Assembly (NCBI GenBank): GCA_963806185.1
Contig: CAWDXE010000007.1
Location: forward strand, 256,001 to 320,000
Source of the DNA: an uncultured candidate division Zixibacteria bacterium
GTDB taxonomy: Bacteria > Zixibacteria > MSB-5A5 > GN15 > FEB-12
Direction of reading: 5' to 3'
Length of the DNA: 64,000 nt
Program-made: the position numbers and the translations under genes
The notes under the pieces: model-generated
Database searches by the model: none
Told to the model about the DNA's origin: nothing
Seen by the model: the letters and a program-made list of their open reading frames with translations, nothing else
Shown: positions 49,272 through 58,258 of the stretch, in pieces
How positions within the stretch are numbered: the first letter of the stretch is position 1
Layout: every line of letters begins with the position of its first letter

Positions 49272-51592
49272 TAGCGCGCATCCTGCCCTTCATCGCTTTG
49301 CTCATACTCGTCATCACGGTTGCGGCCCAGCGTGCTGACACGAATCCTCACGGCAAGCTGGCCTTCGACTGCGAGACCTGTCATACGACCGGTTCCTGGC
49401 AGCAATTGAAATCGCCCCTGCCGTTCTCGCACGACAAAACGGGATTTCCCCTCAAAGGGGCGCATCGACAGGCCAACTGCAACGGGTGTCACCGCAATCT
49501 TGTCTTCTCTCAAGTGAGTGTCGCCTGCGCCGACTGCCATCAGGACGTCCACGCCGGCCGACTGGGGACGGATTGCCAAAGCTGCCACATGCTTGACTCC
49601 TGGAGCAATCGAAAGGACCAGATTGCCACCCATGCCGATCGTGGCTTTCCGCTGACCGGCGTGCATGCCATTTCCGACTGTGCTGCCTGTCATACCACCG
49701 AGACATACGATGATTTTAAGGCTGTTGCGATAACCTGTCGCGGCTGTCACGAGCAGGCGTATCTGACAGCCGATAATCCCGATCACAAACTCGCCGGCTT
49801 CGCCGGCGACTGCGAACAGTGTCACCACGCCGCCGCCGGCTCGTGGCAGCGAACGACGTATCAGCATACGTCGGTTTTTCCATTAACCAACGGCCATCAG
49901 AAGGCAGAGTGCGTGGCCTGTCACGCCACCCAATTTGCAGCGACGTCGGGCGACTGCTACTCCTGCCACCAGCCTGATTACACTCAAGCGCAGGATCCAA
50001 ATCACCAGCAGGGCGGCTTTCCGACTAACTGCACGATGTGCCACACGACTGTTGCCTGGACACCCGCTAGTTTTGATCACGCCACCAGCAGTTTCCCGCT
50101 GACCGGGGCCCATATCGGCGTTCAATGTGTCTCCTGCCACTCGTCTGGGTATGTCGGTACGCCGACTGACTGCTATTCCTGTCACCAGAATGACTTTGCC
50201 TCGACCGATTCACCGAATCATGTGCAGTCGCAGTTCCCGCATACGTGCACCTCGTGCCACACCACCACCTCCTGGTCGCCCTCAACATTCGATCATAATG
50301 GGACCGGATTCACTCTCACCGGCGCGCATACGTCAGTATCCTGCGTTTCGTGTCACAGCTCCGGGTATGCCGGCACGCCGACCGCCTGTTATTCCTGCCA
50401 CCAGTCTGATTATGCGGGGACGACCGATCCGAATCATGCGCTGGCCGGCTTTTCAACCACGTGCACGCAGTGCCACACCACGGCCTCCTGGGGGAGTGCT
50501 AGCTATGACCATGCCGGGACAGGCTTCCCGCTGACCGGGGCGCATGTCACTGTCCAGTGTTCTTCGTGCCATGCATCGGTCTACGCCGGAACTTCGACCG
50601 ACTGCAATTCATGTCACAACGCCGACTATGTCGCAACCACCAATCCTAATCATGCGCAGTTGGGGTTTCCCACCACGTGTGTAACGTGCCATACTACGGC
50701 GGCATGGTCGCCGGCTTCCTTTGACCACACCAGCACCGGTTTCACTCTGACCGGCAAGCACACTACAGCCGCATGCCTCGATTGTCATTCCAGCGGCTAT
50801 GCAGGTACGCCGGCCGATTGTTATTCGTGTCACCAAAGTGATTTCACGGGCGCGACTGATCCGAATCACACCCTTGCCGGTTTTGCCGTGACCTGCGGCG
50901 ATTGCCATACCACCGCCGGGTGGTCACCGTCGAGTTTCAACCACTCGACCACCGGCTTTACGTTGACCGGTGCACACGTCGGCGCTACGTGTATCGCCTG
51001 CCATAGCACGGCCTATGCGGGCACGTCATCTGACTGCTACGCCTGCCATCAGTCGGATTACACCTCGGCGGCCGATCCCAATCACGTGCTGGGCAATTAT
51101 CCTCATACCTGTACCTCGTGCCATACCACCACAGCCTGGGTACCGGCCAGCTTTGATCACAATACAACCAGTTTCCCGTTAACGGGCGCACACCTGTCGG
51201 CGGCCTGCCTGGCTTGTCATAGCTCCGGCTACACGGGTACTCCGACCGCTTGCTATGCCTGCCATCAGTCCGATTATGCCGGTACAACCGATCCGGTCCA
51301 CACGGCGGCGAACTTCCCGACAACCTGCCAATCGTGCCACACTACCTCGGCCTGGCAGCCCTCTACCTGGGACCACGATGCACAATATTTCCCGATCTAT
51401 TCCGGCAAGCACAGCGGAGTATGGAACCAGTGTTCGGACTGCCACGTGAGCGCTGCCAACTACGCGGTGTTTGAGTGCATCAATTGTCACGAACACAACA
51501 GAACAGATACCGATGGTCATCATACCGAGGTCAGCGGTTACCAGTACCTCAGTACCGCCTGCTATACCTGTCATCCGCGAGGTACTCACTGA
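49268..51592 (+). CDS. Multiheme cytochrome c, 31 CxxCH
   Basis: Signal peptide; 31 CxxCH counted by hand; Thr/Ser-rich 72-aa triheme repeats. Confidence 0.93.
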   Translation: MIARILPFIALLILVITVAAQRADTNPHGKLAFDCETCHTTGSWQQLKSPLPFSHDKTGFPLKGAHRQANCNGCHRNLVFSQVSVACADCHQDVHAGRLGTDCQSCHMLDSWSNRKDQIATHADRGFPLTGVHAISDCAACHTTETYDDFKAVAITCRGCHEQAYLTADNPDHKLAGFAGDCEQCHHAAAGSWQRTTYQHTSVFPLTNGHQKAECVACHATQFAATSGDCYSCHQPDYTQAQDPNHQQGGFPTNCTMCHTTVAWTPASFDHATSSFPLTGAHIGVQCVSCHSSGYVGTPTDCYSCHQNDFASTDSPNHVQSQFPHTCTSCHTTTSWSPSTFDHNGTGFTLTGAHTSVSCVSCHSSGYAGTPTACYSCHQSDYAGTTDPNHALAGFSTTCTQCHTTASWGSASYDHAGTGFPLTGAHVTVQCSSCHASVYAGTSTDCNSCHNADYVATTNPNHAQLGFPTTCVTCHTTAAWSPASFDHTSTGFTLTGKHTTAACLDCHSSGYAGTPADCYSCHQSDFTGATDPNHTLAGFAVTCGDCHTTAGWSPSSFNHSTTGFTLTGAHVGATCIACHSTAYAGTSSDCYACHQSDYTSAADPNHVLGNYPHTCTSCHTTTAWVPASFDHNTTSFPLTGAHLSAACLACHSSGYTGTPTACYACHQSDYAGTTDPVHTAANFPTTCQSCHTTSAWQPSTWDHDAQYFPIYSGKHSGVWNQCSDCHVSAANYAVFECINCHEHNRTDTDGHHTEVSGYQYLSTACYTCHPRGTH
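50029..51340 (+). repeat. Intragenic tandem repeat, 216 bp / 72 aa triheme unit, six well-conserved copies
   Basis: CxxCH-27aa-CxxCH-10aa-CxxCH-20aa repeated from heme 10 (CTMCH) to heme 28 (CQSCH). Confidence 0.85.
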
Positions 51593-53199
51593 TGACCACG
51601 CGTATCCTCATGGCAATCATGTGCGTTGTCTGCGCGACGATCTCTGCCTATGGCCAGACACCGGTGGCTGTGTCCTACCTCTCGGCTGACCACGTCTACC
51701 TGAGCGGTGGACGAGCGGAGGGGCTGCAGCTTGGCCAGCAGGTCATCGTTCTTCGAGAAGGAAAAGTAGTGGCAACGCTCGAAGTAGTGTACCTCGCCGA
51801 TCACTCTGCTTCCTGTACAATTGTCGAATCAAAGGGTGCGATCCAGACTGGAGATTTGGTCGACATTCCAATTCCGGCTTCTGGTGATTCAGCCGCTACG
51901 AGCACTACCGCGACCGACTCAACTGCCGTTGTTCCGCCCAAAGTCGAGTCTACACCTGCGCCAGTTTCCGCACGTACGACTCCCCGGCCCGATATCTGGG
52001 GTAGTCTCGCGATCGGCGCGCTTGGCTGGCGCGACAAGGACTCCGACGATCGCGATTACACCCAATCGAATGTCCGACTGAATCTGCGTACCCGGCATCT
52101 GATGAACGACCGGTTGACGTTGTCCTTGCGGTCACGAGGGCGGTACGACGAGCGGAATCGAACATACCGTTCCGCTGCCGATTCACGCGTCTGGCTGAAT
52201 CGACTGTATGAAATGTCGGCGGCGTACCAATCGGAGGATAAGCATTGGCGTGCGAGTTTCGGTCGTATGCCGATTCGCAGCGTCGCCGCTTTAGGAGTGC
52301 TGGACGGCCTTGTTGTCGAACGCGACCTCAGCGGCTCTTTCTCGCTCGGCGCGTTTGGCGGCCTGCAGCCGCAGTGGCAGTACAGCGAAGGACGGGCATC
52401 CCTCAGCCGCTTTGGCATCATGAGTGAGTTCCGACAGACTTTCGGTGAGGTGTCATGGAAGTCGTCCGCCGCCCTTTTGCGTGAGTATCACAGTGGCGAG
52501 ATTAACCGCGACGCCCTCATGCTGCAGAGCTATGCCGGTAGTCGCGACCGATGGCAAGCCTCTTTGCTGGCTGAATTCGACTACAATTCCGGATGGCGAA
52601 AAGTACGCAGCGGCTCAACCTTCACGCTGTCCTCCGTATACGCCTACCTGCGCTATCGGGTGATCGAGGGACTCTCCATCAACACCAACTACGGCAGTCG
52701 TCAAACCGTCTGGCTATGGGACTATCGGGATATCGCCGATACCTTGCTCGACGAGCGCACGCGTCGCTGGTCGCGAGTCGGCATCGACCTTTCCCCCTCG
52801 ACTCGATGGGCGCTTGGCGGCACCGTTGGCGCCTACTTTCAGGATGCACGGAGTCGTCGCCAGCTATCCAGTACGGTCTACGGCCGCCTCAATCGGCTGT
52901 GGGACCCGCGATCTACCTTCTGGTCGCAGTACACGATGAGCGAGGGAATCGGCGAAAGGGCGCATACCTATTCCGTTCGAATTACCCAGGGTTTCCGCCG
53001 CCTCGATCAGTTTAGTGTGGCATTTGGTGAGAATTCATATAAGGTTACAGACGCGGACCGACGGAGCAGTTGGTGGGCAGAGGGCGAATTGCAGAACGAA
53101 CTGGTCGACCGGGTAATGCTCCGCCTTCGCTATCGACATGCCGCAGGCGATGATTTGCGCGGCAGTCAATTTGAGACGGAATTGGGATATCGTTTCTAA
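51592..53199 (+). CDS. Outer-membrane beta-barrel protein (putative cytochrome porin) with N-terminal beta domain
   Basis: Signal peptide; small N-domain (HVYLSGGRAEGLQLGQ); Thr/Pro linker; alternating beta strands; C-terminal beta signal ELGYRF. TGATG coupling to the 31-heme gene. Confidence 0.8.
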   Translation: MTTRILMAIMCVVCATISAYGQTPVAVSYLSADHVYLSGGRAEGLQLGQQVIVLREGKVVATLEVVYLADHSASCTIVESKGAIQTGDLVDIPIPASGDSAATSTTATDSTAVVPPKVESTPAPVSARTTPRPDIWGSLAIGALGWRDKDSDDRDYTQSNVRLNLRTRHLMNDRLTLSLRSRGRYDERNRTYRSAADSRVWLNRLYEMSAAYQSEDKHWRASFGRMPIRSVAALGVLDGLVVERDLSGSFSLGAFGGLQPQWQYSEGRASLSRFGIMSEFRQTFGEVSWKSSAALLREYHSGEINRDALMLQSYAGSRDRWQASLLAEFDYNSGWRKVRSGSTFTLSSVYAYLRYRVIEGLSINTNYGSRQTVWLWDYRDIADTLLDERTRRWSRVGIDLSPSTRWALGGTVGAYFQDARSRRQLSSTVYGRLNRLWDPRSTFWSQYTMSEGIGERAHTYSVRITQGFRRLDQFSVAFGENSYKVTDADRRSSWWAEGELQNELVDRVMLRLRYRHAAGDDLRGSQFETELGYRF

Positions 53200-53222
53200 C
53201 TGTTCGAGCGTATAAACCGGTG

Positions 53223-54566
53223 ATGGATTCCTACCTGATTTGGATTGCCGCGGGTGCACTGGTACTCATCGTTTTCGTCCCTTACTTCATCAGCTTTCGG
53301 AAGGAGCGTAAGGCGGCTGAGTTGCGCAAGAAAGAAGCAGCTCACCTCGGCCTCGATCAAGCGCGGGCACAGTTTCCCTTTATCGACAGTGGCATGTGTA
53401 TTGGCTGCGGTTCCTGCGTAAGCGCCTGCCCAGAGGGTGATGTACTGGGAGTTGTGTTCGGCACCGCTGCGGTCATAAATGGTGAGCGGTGTGTCGGCCA
53501 CGGCTACTGTGAGACAGCCTGCCCGGTCGGTGCTATTCACGTCGGGCTTGGTGATCTCTCCTCGCGGCCCGATGTCCCCCTGCTTACCGAGAATCAGGAG
53601 ACAACCGTTCGCGGGCTCTACATTTCAGGGGAACTGAGCGGACTCTCACTCATTCGCAATGCCATCGCCCAGGGTGCGACCGCCGTCGATCATATTGCCA
53701 GGTCCGGCAAGCAGCAACTTTCGGACGTATTTGACGTGGTGATTGTCGGCGCCGGTCCGGCGGGAATGAGCGCCGCCTTGACCGCCAGAAAACACAATCT
53801 CTCATACCTCGTACTTGAGGAACTGGGGATAGGTGGAACAATTCTCCACTATCCGAGAGCCAAACTGGTCATGACACAACCGGTCGAGATACCGCTTTAT
53901 GGCTGGCTCAAGCAGGAAGAGTACAGTAAAGAAGTCCTGATGACGACATGGCAGGAAATAGCCGCCCGGTTTTCGCTGAAAATTCACACCGGTGAGCGTG
54001 TCGAACAAGTCCAGAAGCAGGGTGATGTCTTTACGGTCCTGACAAGTCTCGACGCGTATCGCGCGCGTAACGTCGTCCTTGCGATGGGGCGCCGGGGAAC
54101 TCCCCGACGACTTGATGTCCCGGGCGAAGACCTCCCCAAGGTCCTGTATTCACTCATTGACGCACAGAGTTACCGCAACTCCCACGTCCTGGTAGTCGGC
54201 GGTGGCGACAGCGCGGTCGAAGCAGCCGTCGGTCTGGCCCGTCAGCCCGGCAATACAGTGACCATTTCATACCGCAAGACGAGCTTCTTCCGCGTGAAAA
54301 AGAAGAACGAGGATCGTATCAACCAGCTCATCGCCCAGCGGAAGGTCAGGCCGATTTTTGAGTCCCAGGTCCGCGATATCTCGCCGGGATCGGTTCTCCT
54401 CGCCACGCCCCAGGGAGAGTATCCGGTTCCCAACGACGCGATTTTCGTCTTCATCGGGGGAATTCCGCCATTTGATATGTTGAAGGCGATGGGTATCGAA
54501 TTCGGTGGCAAGCCGAAGACTATGCGTGACGAATTAAAGCCCCGTAATGCCGCTCTGGCGCGATAA
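53223..54566 (+). CDS. Membrane-anchored 2x[4Fe-4S] ferredoxin fused to a TrxR/YpdA-like FAD/NAD(P)H oxidoreductase
   Basis: N-terminal TM; CIGCGSCVSACP and CVGHGYCETACP; GLYISGEL; VGAGPAG; MGRRGTPRRL; VGGGDSAVEAA; SYR. Confidence 0.88.
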   Translation: MDSYLIWIAAGALVLIVFVPYFISFRKERKAAELRKKEAAHLGLDQARAQFPFIDSGMCIGCGSCVSACPEGDVLGVVFGTAAVINGERCVGHGYCETACPVGAIHVGLGDLSSRPDVPLLTENQETTVRGLYISGELSGLSLIRNAIAQGATAVDHIARSGKQQLSDVFDVVIVGAGPAGMSAALTARKHNLSYLVLEELGIGGTILHYPRAKLVMTQPVEIPLYGWLKQEEYSKEVLMTTWQEIAARFSLKIHTGERVEQVQKQGDVFTVLTSLDAYRARNVVLAMGRRGTPRRLDVPGEDLPKVLYSLIDAQSYRNSHVLVVGGGDSAVEAAVGLARQPGNTVTISYRKTSFFRVKKKNEDRINQLIAQRKVRPIFESQVRDISPGSVLLATPQGEYPVPNDAIFVFIGGIPPFDMLKAMGIEFGGKPKTMRDELKPRNAALAR

Positions 54567-54584
54567 CTCTTTCTGATTTCCGCT

Positions 54585-55337
54585 CTACAGCGGATGATTC
54601 ATCCAGACATTGGGCTCGACATACACGCCACGGTCGCGATCTCGATCAATAGTGATCGGATTTAGAGCACCAGCGACCACGTAGTCTCCCGATTCGGGGA
54701 ATTTTATTTTTGTCCAGGATTCCCACTGGGCAATCGTTCCGGATATTTCCATCGAACGGTGACACGGCTTGACGATTCGGGCGCCGTCCAGTTCGTGTAT
54801 CCTGATCCACGGATCGAACGCCGAATTATCTTCACGGCGCCAGGTAACGTACCGGTCGATCGGGGTCAGGGGATAGAGTGGTTTCAGGTTCGGCCGGACG
54901 GGCGCGATGAGTTGCTTCAACCGATTGGTACGGCCGATCTCCTTCATATAATGTAGCATTTGTCGGCTGAGTCCCTGGCCGCGAAGGTCCGGCTTAATCA
55001 CGATTTGCAGGGCGCAGAGCGTCCGAGGCTGCAGGTTGGACCGTGCGTCGTCGACTCCCTGCTCCAGCGCCCAATCCCATCCTTCTTCCGGCAACGATCC
55101 GAGATCGTCGGCCCAATGCAAAGGAAGGCAATTGGCGGCAGCCACAATCTCACCTGAACCGGGATCCAGCATCTGAAATTGGTACTCCAGAAAGGCTTCA
55201 AAGAGCACCTTGAACAATCGATTGGCTATCGGATCTTCGTTCATGAAGGGCGGCCACAGGGGGCTCGTAAACTTATTGATCGGAAGCAACTCGGGTCGCT
55301 CCGCGCTCGTGACAATCGGTCCGTAATTTGTAGCCAT
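54585..55337 (-). CDS. GNAT-like acetyltransferase/transferase
   Basis: PDLRGQGLS acetyl-CoA motif; LIAPVRP; FDPWIRIH; EPNVWM. Confidence 0.75.
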   Translation of the reverse strand: MATNYGPIVTSAERPELLPINKFTSPLWPPFMNEDPIANRLFKVLFEAFLEYQFQMLDPGSGEIVAAANCLPLHWADDLGSLPEEGWDWALEQGVDDARSNLQPRTLCALQIVIKPDLRGQGLSRQMLHYMKEIGRTNRLKQLIAPVRPNLKPLYPLTPIDRYVTWRREDNSAFDPWIRIHELDGARIVKPCHRSMEISGTIAQWESWTKIKFPESGDYVVAGALNPITIDRDRDRGVYVEPNVWMNHPL

Positions 55338-55524
55338 AGGCGGACAAGAAATATGAGGCAACTCGATCTGTCAATGTGATTTGCGACTTTCTCACCTTGT
55401 GATACGATTCCTGGAACTTTGTCCCGAATGACTCGTTACACACAGAACTAAACATAGACCAAAATCAACCGCGTTAGGTGTACAGATCAAGAATGCCAGT
55501 AATCGACCTGTTTCCGGGGGTGGC

Positions 55525-57135
55525 ATGAACGCCCTGCAGCAGAGCTACGCAACCTTATGCCGACCCGGCCTTATGGCCGCCTTGTTGGCCATCGGTATTG
55601 CCGTGTCAGCCCGGGCTGACACACTTAACTTTCCCACCAATCTGGATAGCGCTCTCTCGGTAACTTTGACCGGATTCGCCGGAACGCCGATATCGCTGTC
55701 TGAATCACAGGCCAAGGCCATGCAGCAGGCCACAGCGGTTCGCGAGGCCGAAGCCGCGCTTCGGGCTGCCGAGGGTGCGCGACGCCGCGAGCGGGGATCT
55801 TTTGACCCGGAGCTATTTGCCGATATTCGCAAATCTCGAGCCGACGAACCGGCTGCGTCTGCGTTCGCTGGAGCCAACGTCGTCAATTCCGATCAGACTG
55901 TAACGTCGACCGGGGTCCAATGGCAGCTTCCATTCGGTACTCGATTCGAGGCGGCTCTCAATGCCACCCGCCTCAAAACGAATTCGACCTTCAGCACGCT
56001 CAATCCTCAATACAGTGCTAACGGTTCTCTAACACTTGTTCAGCCACTCCTGCGGGGATTTGGGACTGCGGCTCAGGCGGAACTCAGCGCTACCGGTCGC
56101 GAGCGCGAAGCCGCTCAGACTCGCTACGATCTGGCTGTCGTATCAACGGCCGTAGACGTAGAGAATGCCTACTGGGATCTCTTTGCCGCCGAGCGGGATC
56201 TTGCGGTCCAAATGCTTGTGCGTGAACAGGCGCAGGTGCTTCTGGATGAAGCCCGCATTCGGGCGGCGGCCGGGTTGGTGGGTCCTAACGAGGAAGCAAC
56301 GGCTCAGGTTTTTCTGGCCGAACAGGATCAGGCTGTCCTTGATAGGGAAGAAGCCCTGGACCGTGCGTCAAATTCCTTCGCCTCCCTCATTGGCAGTCGC
56401 CCCAGCCAGGGCCAAATTCCCCGGTTTCGTCCGTCCGACAGCCCACCGCTTGAGGTTCCCAGATTCGGCGACGTTGAATCGCTGGTCAAAGCCGCCATGG
56501 CACGAAGTCATTACGTGCGCTCCGCGGAACTGGCTCTCGACGCGAGCCGCGTCCGGTACAAGGGGGCCAAATGGAACGCACTCCCCCAACTCGATCTCAT
56601 CGGCGCGATTGGTGGAAGCGGCCTGGCTGGTGAGGCCCAGCAAGTGATTTTCGGAACCGACACGTTGACTTCTGCCTTCGGTGGGAGTTCGGGCGATGCG
56701 GTGAGCGACGTGTTCAAACGATCGTATCCGAGCTGGACGGTTGGCGTACGCTTCTCCTTGCCGATTTTTCTCCGCCATGGTCGCGGCGAACGCGACCGCT
56801 TGCGCGGAGAGACCGATCAAGCCGAACAACAGCTGATCGCCGTCAAACGATCTGTCGAAGAGCAAGTGTACAATCGATATCAGGAGCTTGATCACGCTCG
56901 CCGCCGACTTGAGGCGGCCAGGACAGGTGTGACCGCTTCGCAGGAACAAGTGCGCATTGGGGGTCTCGAATACTCTGCCGGCCGAACCACGGCGTTCGAG
57001 CTGGTTCGCCTGGGCGCCGATCTGGCCAGCGCCCAGCAACGCTATTCTCAGGCGCTGGTTCGCGCCGCCAAGGCTTCAGCGGAATTGCGCCGTCTTCTGG
57101 CCGGCAGTCTCGATCAGGAAACAAGAAAACTCTGA
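55525..57135 (+). CDS. TolC-family outer-membrane efflux protein
   Basis: QPLLRGFG, VENAYWDL, LPQLDL, FSLPIF, YSAGRTT. Upstream of MFP and RND genes. Confidence 0.9.
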   Translation: MNALQQSYATLCRPGLMAALLAIGIAVSARADTLNFPTNLDSALSVTLTGFAGTPISLSESQAKAMQQATAVREAEAALRAAEGARRRERGSFDPELFADIRKSRADEPAASAFAGANVVNSDQTVTSTGVQWQLPFGTRFEAALNATRLKTNSTFSTLNPQYSANGSLTLVQPLLRGFGTAAQAELSATGREREAAQTRYDLAVVSTAVDVENAYWDLFAAERDLAVQMLVREQAQVLLDEARIRAAAGLVGPNEEATAQVFLAEQDQAVLDREEALDRASNSFASLIGSRPSQGQIPRFRPSDSPPLEVPRFGDVESLVKAAMARSHYVRSAELALDASRVRYKGAKWNALPQLDLIGAIGGSGLAGEAQQVIFGTDTLTSAFGGSSGDAVSDVFKRSYPSWTVGVRFSLPIFLRHGRGERDRLRGETDQAEQQLIAVKRSVEEQVYNRYQELDHARRRLEAARTGVTASQEQVRIGGLEYSAGRTTAFELVRLGADLASAQQRYSQALVRAAKASAELRRLLAGSLDQETRKL

Positions 57136-57145
57136 GGTTATAGAG

Positions 57146-58258
57146 ATGATGCAGACTAAATCACTTGGCCGTTGGCCCCTATTGCTTTTGGCGTCGGCCG
57201 CCGCCTTCACGGTGACGAATTGTTCCACTGATCAGGCATCCGCGGACGGCGGTGGAATGAAATTCCCACCAATGCCCGTTGAGGTGGCCGAAGTCGCCAA
57301 ATCCGGTATGGTCGATCGCTTCGAAGCGGTCGGCAATATTGACGCCGTCGATCGCATTACGGTCGTCTCCGAGGTCGATGCCATCGTTAAGTCACTGCCC
57401 TTTCATGAGGGTGTGGCGGTGAGTGCGGGTGATGTCATCGCGCAGCTTGACGACGAGCAACTCCAGGCGCAAAAAGTCAGCGCCGAAGCAGTACTCAGCC
57501 AGCGCAAACTCAACTATGAACGGATCAAGTCCATTGTCGAGCAGAAGGCCGGTGCACCGCAGGCGTTGGATGATGCTCAGGCGGCCTATAGAGTCGCCGA
57601 GGCCGATCTGGCTGTGGTTGAAGCGCGGCTGAAAAAGACGCGCATCACCGCGCCGTTCAGCGGCGTGCTCGGTACGCGACGCGTCTCGCCGGGAGCGTTC
57701 CTTCGCGCCGGCAGTGAAATCACCGATCTGTCACGACTCAGCGAACTCAAGGTGACCTTTGCGGCGCCGGAGCGGTATCTCACTTCGTTGCGTCGGGGTG
57801 CCAATGTGGTGGTGACCACACCGGCTCTTCCGGATACGAAACTCGAGGGGACCATTGCTGTCGTCGAGCCGGTCGTCGATTCCATTACGCGAAGCGTCAG
57901 GCTGACCGCCCATGTGGACAATCCGGAACAGATGCTTCGCCCCGGCATGTCGGCCAACGTGTCAGCCGTGTTGGATGAACGAACCGACGCGTTGGTTGTG
58001 CCCGATGAAGCGGTTTTTGTCGAAGGAGATCAGTCACTGGTCTTCGTCGTCAAGGATGACTCTACGGTCGCTCGCACGCCCATCCGTACGGGTACGCGGA
58101 CGGCGCAACTCGTGGAAGTAGTCAGCGGACTCTCCGTGGGACAGAAGGTCGTGCGCGCGGGACACCAGAAACTGTTTGAGGGGGCGAAAGTCATGCCGAT
58201 GTCGGCTGAACAGATGCAGGGGCAAGCTCAACCGTCGGCGCCCATGGGAGCCCGGTAA
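57146..58258 (+). CDS. RND efflux periplasmic adaptor (MFP), probable lipoprotein
   Basis: Hydrophobic N-terminus ending in Cys; FHEGVAVSAGD; ITAPFSG; LRPGMSA; VVPDEAV. Confidence 0.92.
   Translation: MMQTKSLGRWPLLLLASAAAFTVTNCSTDQASADGGGMKFPPMPVEVAEVAKSGMVDRFEAVGNIDAVDRITVVSEVDAIVKSLPFHEGVAVSAGDVIAQLDDEQLQAQKVSAEAVLSQRKLNYERIKSIVEQKAGAPQALDDAQAAYRVAEADLAVVEARLKKTRITAPFSGVLGTRRVSPGAFLRAGSEITDLSRLSELKVTFAAPERYLTSLRRGANVVVTTPALPDTKLEGTIAVVEPVVDSITRSVRLTAHVDNPEQMLRPGMSANVSAVLDERTDALVVPDEAVFVEGDQSLVFVVKDDSTVARTPIRTGTRTAQLVEVVSGLSVGQKVVRAGHQKLFEGAKVMPMSAEQMQGQAQPSAPMGAR

Noticed and set aside
50029..51340. Tandem repeats as CRISPR or a non-coding array
   Set aside because: The units are 216 bp, in frame, degenerate at synonymous sites, and encode heme-binding repeats.
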